Source of the DNA: Actinobacteria bacterium UBA2184
GTDB lineage: Bacteria > Actinomycetota > Coriobacteriia > Anaerosomatales > Anaerosomataceae
Direction: 5' to 3'
Assembly (NCBI GenBank): GCA_002328745.1
Contig: DCVQ01000027.1
Location: 3,753-67,752 of the forward strand
DNA: 64,000 nucleotides
Under the pieces are notes generated by a model, which was not told where the DNA came from, ran no database searches, and saw only the letters and a program-made list of their open reading frames with translations. Below, one piece after another: positions 18,381 through 29,652 of the stretch. The translations under genes and the position numbers were made by a program. Numbering within the stretch: the stretch's first letter is position 1; each line of letters opens with the position of its first letter.

Positions 18381-20357
18381 ATGTCCGACCGCACAGCCAA
18401 GACGAATGCCTCGCAGCCCGGCGTGTTGCTCGATGCTGCGGCCGAGGCGCTGATCCTTCTCGATACCGGCGACGTCTCGAGCGTGGCCGAGCTCATCGAG
18501 CGCGTGGGCGCGGTCGCGTGTGCGTTCGGCGATACCCTTCCATCCGATCATCCTGCCGAACGCGCACGTGCCGCAGCCGCCGCCCTCGCCGACGGAGACC
18601 TGTCCGCGCTGGCGCCGCTCGAGGCGGCGCTGATCGCGATCAAGGGCGAGATCGACCGGGCGGCTTCCGGCAAGGGCCGGCCCCGCGCCACGAAGCCCCC
18701 TCCGGCGGCCCCGGCCGAACAGGGTGCATCCGCGGCCGATGCCGCGACCGCGGCGACCGAAGCCGGGGCCATGCCGCTCGCCGGCGACGAGGAGCTGCTC
18801 CGTGACTTCGGCGTGCGTGCGGCGGAGCATCTCGACGATGCGGACGAGCGACTCCTCAGGCTCGACGCCGATCCGACCGACCGAGAGTCCATCGACGCGG
18901 TCTTCCGCGCGTTCCATACGATCAAGGGCATGGCCGGCTTCCTCGCGCTCGACGCAATCTCGCACGTTGCCCACGAGGCCGAGGGGATACTCGCCGCCGT
19001 CCGGGCAGAGGGGAACGGTCTCACCGAGCAGGCGGTGCGCGGCCTGCTCATCTCGGTGGACACCATGCGTATCCTCGTCGCCGAGACGAGCGGCGTGGGT
19101 CATACGCGGCCCGACGACGCCCCGGCGACCGGCACGGTCCCCGGCGGCGGGAGCGCTTCCGGGGCGCCCGTCCGCTCGGCAACCGGGGGCACGGTGCGCG
19201 TTGGAGAGGAGCGGCTGGACGCGCTTCTCGACGCGATCGGGGAGCTCGTCATCGGTGAGTCGATGGTCTCGGCGTCGGTTCGCGGCGGTGCGAGCGTGGC
19301 CGAACTCGGGACGCGCCTCGACCAGCTCGACAAGATCACGCGCGAGCTGCAGCAGATGGCCACGTCGCTTCGGATGGTGCCGTTGCGGGCGGTGTTCCGG
19401 CGCATGGCGCGGCTGGTGCACGACGTGTCGGACAAGTCAGGCAAGCGCATCGAGCTGGTCACGACCGGCGAGGACACCGAGCTCGACAAGACCGTGGTCG
19501 ACCGCATCGAGGACCCGCTCGTCCACGCGCTGCGAAACGCCATCGACCACGGCGTCGAGACCGCCGAGGAGCGGCGCGCGGCGGGCAAGCCCGAGGTCGC
19601 CCGCATCGAGCTTCGCGCGTTCCACTCGGCGGGATCCATCCACATCGAAGTCGCCGACGACGGGCGCGGTCTCGACGCCGAGCGCATCCGCGAGCGCGCG
19701 GTGACCGCCGGCGCCATCTCCCCCGACGACGCCCTCGACGGCAGGTCGCTGCTCGACGTGCTGTGCATGCCGGGCTTCTCCACCGCCGAGGTGGTCACCG
19801 ACGTCTCCGGCCGCGGCGTGGGCATGGACGTGGTGCGCCGCACCGTCGAGGAACTGCGTGGCCGCCTCGAGGTGGCCAGCGCTCCGGGCCGGGGCACCAC
19901 GTTCAGCATCCGGCTGCCCGTGACCCTTGCGATCATCGACGGCATGGTGCTGCGCGTCGGCGTCGACCGGTTCATCGTCCCGCTGCTCGCCATCGAGCGC
20001 TCCATCCGGCCGACCGCCGCGCAGATCACCACGATCGCGGGTCGCGGCGAGATGGTCGCCGCCGAGGGCGAGCCGCTGCTCCCGCTGGTGCGCCTGCACC
20101 GGCTCTTCAGCATCCCCGACGCCGAAGAGGACCCGTCCTCGGCCGTTGTGGTGATCGTCAGCGATGGCGGCGTGCGCGCCGGGCTGCTCGCATGCGAGCT
20201 GCTCGGCCAGCAGCAGACCGTCATCAAACCGCTCGGCGACGGGCTTCCGGACATGCCCGGGATCGCCGGCGGTGCCGTCATGCCGGACGGACGCGTGGGG
20301 CTGATCCTCGACGCGGCCGGGATCGTGAGATCCGCCAACGATGGAGGAGGTGAGTGA
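18381..20357 (+). CDS. cheA: chemotaxis histidine kinase CheA
   Basis: Hpt motif FRAFHTIKGMAGF. Dimerisation and HATPase domains (HALRNAIDHG, DDGRGLD, GRGVGMDVV). C-terminal CheW-like domain. About 140 aa of N-terminal extension precede Hpt. The start at ATG 18381 is plausible but not proven. Confidence 0.88.
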   Translation: MSDRTAKTNASQPGVLLDAAAEALILLDTGDVSSVAELIERVGAVACAFGDTLPSDHPAERARAAAAALADGDLSALAPLEAALIAIKGEIDRAASGKGRPRATKPPPAAPAEQGASAADAATAATEAGAMPLAGDEELLRDFGVRAAEHLDDADERLLRLDADPTDRESIDAVFRAFHTIKGMAGFLALDAISHVAHEAEGILAAVRAEGNGLTEQAVRGLLISVDTMRILVAETSGVGHTRPDDAPATGTVPGGGSASGAPVRSATGGTVRVGEERLDALLDAIGELVIGESMVSASVRGGASVAELGTRLDQLDKITRELQQMATSLRMVPLRAVFRRMARLVHDVSDKSGKRIELVTTGEDTELDKTVVDRIEDPLVHALRNAIDHGVETAEERRAAGKPEVARIELRAFHSAGSIHIEVADDGRGLDAERIRERAVTAGAISPDDALDGRSLLDVLCMPGFSTAEVVTDVSGRGVGMDVVRRTVEELRGRLEVASAPGRGTTFSIRLPVTLAIIDGMVLRVGVDRFIVPLLAIERSIRPTAAQITTIAGRGEMVAAEGEPLLPLVRLHRLFSIPDAEEDPSSAVVVIVSDGGVRAGLLACELLGQQQTVIKPLGDGLPDMPGIAGGAVMPDGRVGLILDAAGIVRSANDGGGE

Positions 20358-20890
20358 GCGTGATCCAAACGGAGACGGAGACGGGAGCCCTGGCAGGCAA
20401 GTACCTGACCTTCGCGCTCGCCGATGAGCACTACGGCATCGAGATCCTGCGCGTGCAGGAGATCGTCGGGCTGCTCCCGATCACGCGCGTGCCGCGACTG
20501 CCCGATTTCGTGGCGGGTGTGGTGAATCTGAGAGGCAAGGTCATCCCCGTGGTCGACCTGCGGCAGGCCTTCGGGATGCCCCCGGTCGAGCTCAACGACC
20601 GGACGTGCATCGTCATCGTCCGCACGACGCGGTCTGACGGCCGCACTACCGTCATGGGCGCGCTCGTCGACGAGGTCTCGGAGGTCGCCGACCTGCCGTC
20701 GTCCGCGATCGAGGAGACACCCGAGTTCGGCGTCGGCGTCGATACGTCATTCGTGAAAGCCATCGGACGGCTGGAGGACCGTGTCGTGCTGCTGCTCGAT
20801 GTGGACCTCGTACTGTCCGGTCAGCAACTGGAGATCGTCGAGCGCGCCGCAGCGGCCGCCGAACGAGCGCGTACTGAAGGGGGTTCGTGA
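20354..20890 (+). CDS. cheW: chemotaxis coupling protein CheW
   Basis: 178 aa. [22 protein letters not shown]...[20 protein letters not shown] overlap with the cheA stop, with GGAGGAGG upstream. Confidence 0.9.
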   Translation: MSVIQTETETGALAGKYLTFALADEHYGIEILRVQEIVGLLPITRVPRLPDFVAGVVNLRGKVIPVVDLRQAFGMPPVELNDRTCIVIVRTTRSDGRTTVMGALVDEVSEVADLPSSAIEETPEFGVGVDTSFVKAIGRLEDRVVLLLDVDLVLSGQQLEIVERAAAAAERARTEGGS

Positions 20891-22545
20891 TGATCAAGAA
20901 CTGGAGTCTTGGGCTCAAACTGGCAGGCGGGTTCGGCATCGTTGCGCTGCTGCTCGTCATCGTCGGCGGCGCCGCGATGCTCGACATGCGCACGATGAGC
21001 GGCCTCGCGGCCGAGATCACCGAGGATGTCGACATCGCCGACAACATCATGGAGGCGAAGTTCGAGGTGGAGAAGCAGCGGCTGCTGCTGATGGAGGTCA
21101 TCCAGTCGTCGGACGCGGCCGAGATCGAGGCGCTCGCGAGCGATCTCGAGGATTCGAACAAGGTGTTCGACGAGCTGATCGATGCGGCCGTCGCGTCGCT
21201 CGAAGAGGATGCCAGGGGCGATGAGGTGGCCGCCGATGTGCTCCCGCAGGCGCGCGAGGCGGCAGCGGTGCATGACGACGAGCTCGAACCCGTGATCGCG
21301 GAAGCCGTCACGCTCGCGGCGAGCGCCACCACGGAGGAAGCGCGCGACGCTATCGGGGAGCAGCTCGCGGAGCTGGACGAGACGGCCGACGCAGCGGGCG
21401 AGCACATGGTCGGCCTGATGGAGGAAGTCGAGCTCGGCACGGACACGATGGTGGACAACGCGTCCGTCGCGCTCAAGGCGACCACGTCCCGCGCGCTTGC
21501 GCAGTCCATCATCCTGCTCGTGGCCGGCGTTCTTGTCGCCGCAGGTGCCGCGTGGTTCAACACCCGGGCCATCACCTTGCCGATCAACCGCATCATCGCG
21601 GGCCTCACCGCCGGCGCCGAGCAGGTCTCGAGCGCGAGCAATCAGGTGGCCTCCGCAAGCCAGCAGCTGGCCGAAGGCGCGAGCGAGCAGGCCGCCAACC
21701 TCGAGGAGACGTCCTCTTCGCTCGAGGAGATGTCGGGCATGACGCGTCAGAACGCCGACAACTCCCGTCAGGCGGACGCCATCAGCCGCGAGGCGCAGGG
21801 CGCCGCGCAGCGCGGCGTGGACGCGATGAGCCAGATGTCCGCCGCCATCAAGGGCATCAAGGACAGCTCGGACGCCACCGCACGCGTCATCAAGACGATC
21901 GACGAGATCGCCTTCCAGACCAACCTCCTGGCCCTGAATGCGGCCGTTGAGGCCGCTCGCGCCGGAGACGCCGGCAAGGGCTTCGCCGTCGTGGCCGAAG
22001 AGGTCCGCTCGCTCGCGCAGCGCTCGGCAGAGGCCGCCAAGAACACCGCGGTGCTCATCGAAGGCTCGCAGGCAAGCGCCGAGCAGGGCGTCAACGTGAC
22101 CGCCGAGGTCCAGAAGACGCTCGAGCAGATCGTCTCCACCGTCGACCGGGTCACGATGCTCGTGGGCGAGATCGCTGCCGCGAGCCAGGAGCAGGCCCAG
22201 GGCATCGACCAGGTGAACATCGCGGTCGCGCAGATGGACCGGGTGACGCAGGCCAACGCTGCCAACGCCGAGGAGTCCGCCTCCGCGAGCGAGGAACTCT
22301 CGGCCCAGGCTCGCGAGCTCGGCGAGATGGTGACGCTGCTCATCAAGACGGTCCGGGGCGCCAACGCCGCGGTCGGCACGGGGTCCGCGCGGGTTGCCGC
22401 CAGCCCCTCGGCCGGCACGCTCAACCGTGTTCACGCAGCGAGCGCCGGTGCACGCGTGCATGCGGCGGCTGTGGCGCGCAACGCCCGGGCGGTCGACCCC
22501 GAAGAGGTCATCCCGCTCGACGATGAGGACCTGGCCGACTTCTAG
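20887..22545 (+). CDS. methyl-accepting chemotaxis protein (4-helix-bundle sensor)
   Basis: Two TM segments. Hallmark hairpin [43 protein letters not shown]-terminus ...[11 protein letters not shown]. The start overlaps the cheW stop. Confidence 0.9.
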   Translation: MMIKNWSLGLKLAGGFGIVALLLVIVGGAAMLDMRTMSGLAAEITEDVDIADNIMEAKFEVEKQRLLLMEVIQSSDAAEIEALASDLEDSNKVFDELIDAAVASLEEDARGDEVAADVLPQAREAAAVHDDELEPVIAEAVTLAASATTEEARDAIGEQLAELDETADAAGEHMVGLMEEVELGTDTMVDNASVALKATTSRALAQSIILLVAGVLVAAGAAWFNTRAITLPINRIIAGLTAGAEQVSSASNQVASASQQLAEGASEQAANLEETSSSLEEMSGMTRQNADNSRQADAISREAQGAAQRGVDAMSQMSAAIKGIKDSSDATARVIKTIDEIAFQTNLLALNAAVEAARAGDAGKGFAVVAEEVRSLAQRSAEAAKNTAVLIEGSQASAEQGVNVTAEVQKTLEQIVSTVDRVTMLVGEIAAASQEQAQGIDQVNIAVAQMDRVTQANAANAEESASASEELSAQARELGEMVTLLIKTVRGANAAVGTGSARVAASPSAGTLNRVHAASAGARVHAAAVARNARAVDPEEVIPLDDEDLADF

Positions 22546-22566
22546 GCCGGTGGAAGCGACGAGACA

Positions 22567-23382
22567 GTGCCTGCGATGATGGACATACGGAAGAAGACGT
22601 TCGACCGCCTGGTCGAGATCGTGTACGAGACGAGCGGCATCTCGCTCGGCCCGCGCAAGCAGGCGCTCGTGTGCGCGCGCGTGAGCAAGCGCATGCGGGT
22701 GCTCGGCATCGGCTGCTTCGACGAGTACCTCGCGTATCTCGAGGAACATCGTGGCGAAGTCGTGGGCCTGCTCGACGCGATCTCGACCAACGTGACGAGC
22801 TTCTTCCGCGAGCCGCACCACTTCGACTTCATCGCCGAAGCTGCGGGGCTGTGGTACGAGTCGGGTCAGCGGCGCTTCAGATTCTGGAGCGCCGCGAGCT
22901 CGACCGGCGAGGAGCCGTACTCGCTCGCGATGGTGGTGAAGGAGGCGCTGCCGTTCCCGGATGTGGACCTGCGCATCCTGGCGACCGACATCTCCACCGA
23001 GGCCCTGGCCGTCTGCGAGGACGCCGCCTACGATCTCGGCAGGATGGAACCGGTGCCTGCCGCGCTTCGGGACCGCTGGTTCTCGCCGGTACGCGGCACC
23101 GCGCAGTCGCTGTGGCAGGCGAAGCCCGCGCTGCGCGACGCCGTCGTCTTCCGGCGCATGAACCTCTCGACGCCGCCGTTCCCGATGACGGGGCCGCTCG
23201 ACGCCATCTTCTGTCGCAACGTGATGATCTACTTCGACGACGTGGTGCGGCGCCGCCTCCTCGAGGAGTGCAACCGGCTGCTCAAGCCCGGTGGGTTCCT
23301 CGTCGTGGGACACGCGGAATCGCTTGCGGGCATGATCGCCGACTTCAAGTACGTTCGGCCTTCGATCTATCGCAAGGCATGA
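22567..23382 (+). CDS. cheR: chemotaxis protein methyltransferase CheR
   Basis: 271 aa. TNVTSFFREPHHF, FWSAASSTGEEPYSLAM, IFCRNVMIYF. Confidence 0.9.
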   Translation: MPAMMDIRKKTFDRLVEIVYETSGISLGPRKQALVCARVSKRMRVLGIGCFDEYLAYLEEHRGEVVGLLDAISTNVTSFFREPHHFDFIAEAAGLWYESGQRRFRFWSAASSTGEEPYSLAMVVKEALPFPDVDLRILATDISTEALAVCEDAAYDLGRMEPVPAALRDRWFSPVRGTAQSLWQAKPALRDAVVFRRMNLSTPPFPMTGPLDAIFCRNVMIYFDDVVRRRLLEECNRLLKPGGFLVVGHAESLAGMIADFKYVRPSIYRKA

Positions 23383-23383
23383 A

Positions 23384-23878
23384 GTGGACGTCGTCGTCGG
23401 CATCTCGGAGTACGCGGTGTCGTCCGATCCGGACGACACGCTCATCACGTACTCCCTGGGCAGCTGTGTCGGTCTCGTGCTGCACGATCCCGTGGCGGGC
23501 ATCGGCGGGCTGCTGCACGCGATGATGCCCGTCTCGACCGCCGATCCCGGGAAGGCCGCGATGACGCCGGCGATGTACGTCGACACCGGTGCCGCCCGCA
23601 TGCTGCAGGAGATGTTCGACCGGGGCGCGACGCGGCCGAACCTGTCCGCGTGGGTCGTCGGGGCGGCGAACCAGCTCGATTCCGACAACCTGTTCCGTAT
23701 CGGCGCGCGCAACCACGCCATCGTGCGCAAGGTGCTCTGGAAGAACGGGATCCTCATCGCTGACGAGGAGACCGGTGGGTCGATATCGCGAACGGTCACC
23801 CTCGAGGTGGGGGACGGTCGCGCGTTCGTGAAGTCAAGCGGAGGCGTCCGCGAGCTGCGGCCGCCGAGGACGAGATAG
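23384..23878 (+). CDS. cheD: chemoreceptor glutamine deamidase CheD
   Basis: 164 aa. TYSLGSCVGLVLHD (catalytic Cys), GGLLHAMMP, NIGARN-like FRIGARN. GTG lies 1 nt after the cheR stop. Confidence 0.85.
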   Translation: MDVVVGISEYAVSSDPDDTLITYSLGSCVGLVLHDPVAGIGGLLHAMMPVSTADPGKAAMTPAMYVDTGAARMLQEMFDRGATRPNLSAWVVGAANQLDSDNLFRIGARNHAIVRKVLWKNGILIADEETGGSISRTVTLEVGDGRAFVKSSGGVRELRPPRTR

Positions 23879-23886
23879 GAACGGCG

Positions 23887-25787
<1,901 letters not shown>

Positions 25788-25854
25788 TGCCTCGCGTTCC
25801 CCGCGAGCCTGTTACTCTGGAAGGTAGTCTCGCGCTGATGCGCTAGGAGCGGCC

Positions 25855-27687
25855 ATGGGCCTGAGCGACAAGAAACGCCTCGAGCATCTCGAGTCCATCG
25901 TCAATGCGCTCGACGGCGTCGTCTGGGAGTTCGACTGGTCGACGGGGGCGTTCACCTGGGTGAGCGCAGGGGCGGAGCGTCTGCTCGGCTATCCGCTCGC
26001 CGACTGGCTGGTACCCGGCTTCTGGACCGGGCATCTCCATGATGAGGACCGCGACTTCGCGGTCTCGTACTGCATCGCGGCCACGGAAGACGGGCTCGAT
26101 CACGAATTCGAGTACCGCATGTTCCACGCGGATGGCACCATACGGTGGCTGCGGGATGTGGTGTCGGTAGACCCCGTGCTGCGCATGGACGGCCCGCTAC
26201 GCGGAGTGCTCGTCGACATCACGGCTCAGAAGACCGCCGAGGAGTCGGCGCGGCAGTCGCAAGAGGTCTACCAAACGCTCGTGGAGCTCTCCCCGTACGC
26301 GATCTTCGTGATCGACGCGGGCGAGCGCTTCGTGTACGCAAACGACGCGGCGGCAGAGATGCTGTCCGCGCCCGCGCCCGAGGCGCTCCGGGGTATGCGC
26401 ATCTCGGCGCTCTTCCCCCGCGATGACGAAGGGGCTGCGGCGCTCGAAGAGGCGCGTACCGCCGCTGCGGCGCTGCTTCGGCACACCCCGGGCGACGCGA
26501 CTTCCCGCTCGAAGACGACGCGTGCGCCGATCCTCACGCTCGCCGGCCGCCGGATCGAGATGCAGCGCACGGCGGCCACCATCACCTTCGCAGGCGAGCC
26601 GGCGCTGCTCGTGATCGCACGCGACATCACTCGCGAGCTCGAGGCGGAGCGCGCGCTTCGCGAACAGCACGACTTCCTCGGTCACCTTCTGACGATGCTC
26701 GATTCTGGCGTCGTGGTGCTCTCCGGCGAACCACCGCTCGTCGTGCAGATCAACGAGCCTGCCGAGCGGCTGCTCGGCTGGGAGCCGGGCGAGCTCGTCG
26801 GCGAGAGCGCGCGGGTCCTGTTCAGCGGCGATGACGACTGGCGCGACTTCAACGAAAGGCTCCGACACGATGACCTGCCCGTGGGCGGCATCGCGGCTGA
26901 GACGCCGATGGCGCGCCAGGACGGCTCGTGTTTCGATGCCGAGATCGCGGTGCGCCCGCTCGGGATCAGGCCGGGAGAGTACATCGCCATCTTCCGTGAC
27001 GTGACCGAGAGGCTCGCGATGGAGCGGGAGGAGCGCGAGCACCAGAAGCGCCTGAGCGCGCTCATGGCCGAGGTGACCGATGCCGAGGACCGGCAGAGAC
27101 GTCAGCTGGCCGAGGAGCTGCACGATAGGGTAAGTCAACCGCTCGCCGTCTCGCGCCTGCACCTGGCGGGAGCCGTGAAGGACGACGGGTCCGCTGATCC
27201 GGCCGCCATCGAAGCGGCATCCGAGATGCTCGAAGAAGCGATCAGTCAGGCGCGCGCACTGACCACGGCTCTCTACCCGCCCGTTCTTCGCGAGCTGGGT
27301 CTTGGGCCTGCGCTGGGGTGGCTTGCCGAGGAGCTCGAGCGGACCTACCGGCTGCAGGTGGAGGTGGCCCTGCCCGAGAAGGAGCCACGGCTCGAGGAGG
27401 AGGCAGCGTCGGTCCTCTTCCGTACCGCGCGGGAGCTGCTTGTGAACGTGGCGAAGCACGCGGGCGCCACACAGGCGTGGATGAGCCTCGACGTGGTCGC
27501 CGGATCGGTGGTCCTCACGGTCGCTGACAACGGCCACGGGTTCGAGTCCGGCGCCGAGACGGGCTTCGGCCTGTTCAGCATCCGGGAACGCCTGCCGCAC
27601 CTCGGCGGCAGCGTCGAGATCGAGAGCGAGCTCGGTTCGGGCGCACGGATCACGGTGTCGGTGCCCGAGCAGGCTCGGGACGCCTGA
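25855..27687 (+). CDS. cytoplasmic triple-PAS sensor histidine kinase (HisKA_3 + HATPase_c)
   Basis: 610 aa with no TM segment. Three PAS-like blocks. H-box LAEELHDRVSQPL. Intact ATPase domain (ELLVNVAKHA, ADNGHGF, GFGLFSIRERL). AGGAG SD. Confidence 0.88.
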   Translation: MGLSDKKRLEHLESIVNALDGVVWEFDWSTGAFTWVSAGAERLLGYPLADWLVPGFWTGHLHDEDRDFAVSYCIAATEDGLDHEFEYRMFHADGTIRWLRDVVSVDPVLRMDGPLRGVLVDITAQKTAEESARQSQEVYQTLVELSPYAIFVIDAGERFVYANDAAAEMLSAPAPEALRGMRISALFPRDDEGAAALEEARTAAAALLRHTPGDATSRSKTTRAPILTLAGRRIEMQRTAATITFAGEPALLVIARDITRELEAERALREQHDFLGHLLTMLDSGVVVLSGEPPLVVQINEPAERLLGWEPGELVGESARVLFSGDDDWRDFNERLRHDDLPVGGIAAETPMARQDGSCFDAEIAVRPLGIRPGEYIAIFRDVTERLAMEREEREHQKRLSALMAEVTDAEDRQRRQLAEELHDRVSQPLAVSRLHLAGAVKDDGSADPAAIEAASEMLEEAISQARALTTALYPPVLRELGLGPALGWLAEELERTYRLQVEVALPEKEPRLEEEAASVLFRTARELLVNVAKHAGATQAWMSLDVVAGSVVLTVADNGHGFESGAETGFGLFSIRERLPHLGGSVEIESELGSGARITVSVPEQARDA

Positions 27688-27703
27688 CGGGACGCAGCCC
27701 GTC

Positions 27704-28006
27704 TCAGTGCCGGATGCGGAAGCCCTGCAGCCCTCCCGGCGCCTCCCACCGCACCTCGACGCTCTCCACGACCGCGTGAGGCGGACCCTCGTGGCACCAG
27801 GCGATGGCGGATTCGACCGCCGCCGCCGGGCCCTCGAACACGGCCTCGACGCCCTGCGCGGTGTTGCGGACCCAACCGGCCAGACCCCGCGAGCTTGCTT
27901 CTCGCGAAGCGCTCGCGCGGAAGTAGACACCCTGCACGCGACCGCCGATATGCACGCGGGCGCGCACTGTCTCGCTGCCCGAAGGACCGCGCTCCGTCTG
28001 TGGCAC
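27704..28006 (-). CDS. acyP: acylphosphatase
   Basis: 100 aa. VHIGGRVQGVYFRASASREASSRGLAGWVRNTAQGVEAVFEG is the acylphosphatase signature. GTG start with GGGAG SD. Confidence 0.85.
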   Translation of the reverse strand: MPQTERGPSGSETVRARVHIGGRVQGVYFRASASREASSRGLAGWVRNTAQGVEAVFEGPAAAVESAIAWCHEGPPHAVVESVEVRWEAPGGLQGFRIRH

Positions 28007-28071
28007 GATGGCTCCCGCGTCCGAATTGGATATCTACTTCCATGTCTACCCGTCAGCGAAGGAGCGCCGCC

Positions 28072-29538
28072 ATGCAGATCACACCGGACACCAGGATCCA
28101 CGACCTTCTGCAGGAGTACCCGTCGATCAAAGCATGGCTGATCGCGTACGCTCCCGCATTCGAGAAGCTCGGCAACCCGGTGGTGTACAACACGGTGGGG
28201 CGCGTGGCCACGCTTGAAGCCGCCGCGAAGATGGGCGACGTCGACGTCGCCGTCTTGATCGACGCGGTCCGCGAGCGGGTGGCTATGGCATCGATCGCCG
28301 CCGAGGAGACCGCGGGCGCGGCCCCGCGACTCGACGACGACGAGCGGGCCCGCCGCCAGCAGGTCCTGAAGGGCCTCATCCGGGAGCTGCACGCGGGCGC
28401 CAGCATCGAGTCGGTCAAGGCGCGCTTCGACGAGCTCGTGCGCGATATCGATGCGGCCGAGGTGGCGATGATGGAGCAAGCGCTGATCGCGGAGGGCATG
28501 CCTGTGAGCGAGGTGCAGCGCCTGTGCGACGTGCACGTCACCGTCTTCAAGGAGTCGCTTGACGCGGGTGAGGCTGCGCCGGTCGCCGCATCGCATCCGA
28601 TCGACGCCTACCTGCGCGAGAACGAGGTCGCCTCGGCCGTCGCCGGTGAGCTGCGGGCGGAGCTGGCCGCACTCGCCGCCGAGCCTGGCGCGCTCGCGCG
28701 TATCGCCGATGGGCTCGTGCGCCTCTCGGAGATCGCGGTCCACTACCGTCGTAAGGAGATGCAGCTGTTCCCGCTGCTCGAGCATCACGGCATCGAAGGG
28801 CCGACCAAGGTGATGTGGGCGCTCGACGACGACATCCTGGCGATGATCGGCCGCGACCGCGAGGCCGCGGAGTCGGGGGACGCGGCTGCCGTCGTGGAGT
28901 CGCTGCCCGCAACGCTCACCGCCGTGGACGACATGGTGTACAAGGAAGAGAAGATCCTCTTTCCGGCCGCCCTGCAAGCGCTCACGGAGGCCGAGTGGGA
29001 GGGGATCGCGGCGGGAGACGGGGAGATCGGCTACGCCTGGATCTCCGGCCCCGAGCGTGGGGAGGCGACGGTCGCGGGAGCGCGCGCGGTGGCGGCCGCG
29101 GCGGCGGGTGACGCGTCGGCGCTGCCGGCGGGTGACGCTCCGATCGTCCTTACCACGGGCGCTCTCACAAGAGAACAGGTCGATCTGATGCTCGGCGTGC
29201 TTCCCTTCGACTTGAGCTACGTGGATGAGAACGACCGGGTGCGGTTCTACTCGGAGGGGGAGCGCATCTTCCCGCGGTCGCCGGCGGTGATCGGGCGCGA
29301 GGTCCGCAACTGCCACCCGCCGGCGAGCGTGCATAAGGTGGAGGAGATCCTCGCCGCGTTCAAGGCAGGCGAGAAGGATACCGCCGATTTCTGGATCCAG
29401 ATGCGTGGTGCGTTCCTGCACATCCGCTACTTCGCGATGCGGGATGCCGACGGCACGTACCGCGGGTGCCTCGAGGTGGTGCAGGACGTCACGCGTATCC
29501 GCGCGCTCGAGGGCGAGCGCCGCATCGTCGATTGGTAG
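28072..29538 (+). CDS. DUF438 protein (DUF1858 + hemerythrin-like + PAS)
   Basis: 488 aa from ATG 28072 (AAGGAG SD). N-terminal ITPDTRIHDLLQEYP (DUF1858/ScdA_N-like). Hemerythrin-like His/Glu-rich helices. C-terminal FYSEGERIFPRSP...RNCHPP...YRGCLEVVQDVT PAS. Confidence 0.8.
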   Translation: MQITPDTRIHDLLQEYPSIKAWLIAYAPAFEKLGNPVVYNTVGRVATLEAAAKMGDVDVAVLIDAVRERVAMASIAAEETAGAAPRLDDDERARRQQVLKGLIRELHAGASIESVKARFDELVRDIDAAEVAMMEQALIAEGMPVSEVQRLCDVHVTVFKESLDAGEAAPVAASHPIDAYLRENEVASAVAGELRAELAALAAEPGALARIADGLVRLSEIAVHYRRKEMQLFPLLEHHGIEGPTKVMWALDDDILAMIGRDREAAESGDAAAVVESLPATLTAVDDMVYKEEKILFPAALQALTEAEWEGIAAGDGEIGYAWISGPERGEATVAGARAVAAAAAGDASALPAGDAPIVLTTGALTREQVDLMLGVLPFDLSYVDENDRVRFYSEGERIFPRSPAVIGREVRNCHPPASVHKVEEILAAFKAGEKDTADFWIQMRGAFLHIRYFAMRDADGTYRGCLEVVQDVTRIRALEGERRIVDW

Positions 29539-29575
29539 GCGCCGGGGTGTCGAGGCGCGCGCCCGGCCCGAAGAA

Positions 29576-29611
29576 GCAGGCACCCGCCCCGAAGCGGGGA
29601 CGGGTGCCTGC
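29576..29611. terminator. bidirectional hairpin between convergent genes
   Basis: GCAGGCACCCG (29576-29586) pairs with CGGGTGCCTGC (29601-29611), with inner CCC/GGG pairing. No strong U-tract. Confidence 0.5.
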
Positions 29612-29652
29612 GGTGTCACGCGTGACCTGAACGCCGGCCGCGCGGCGTGGCG

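Noticed and set aside
26197-29619. 1140-aa minus-strand ORF over the PAS kinase and DUF438 genes
   Set aside because: Same reasoning. The opposite strand encodes well-supported proteins, and the composition is low-complexity Arg/Gly/Asp/His.
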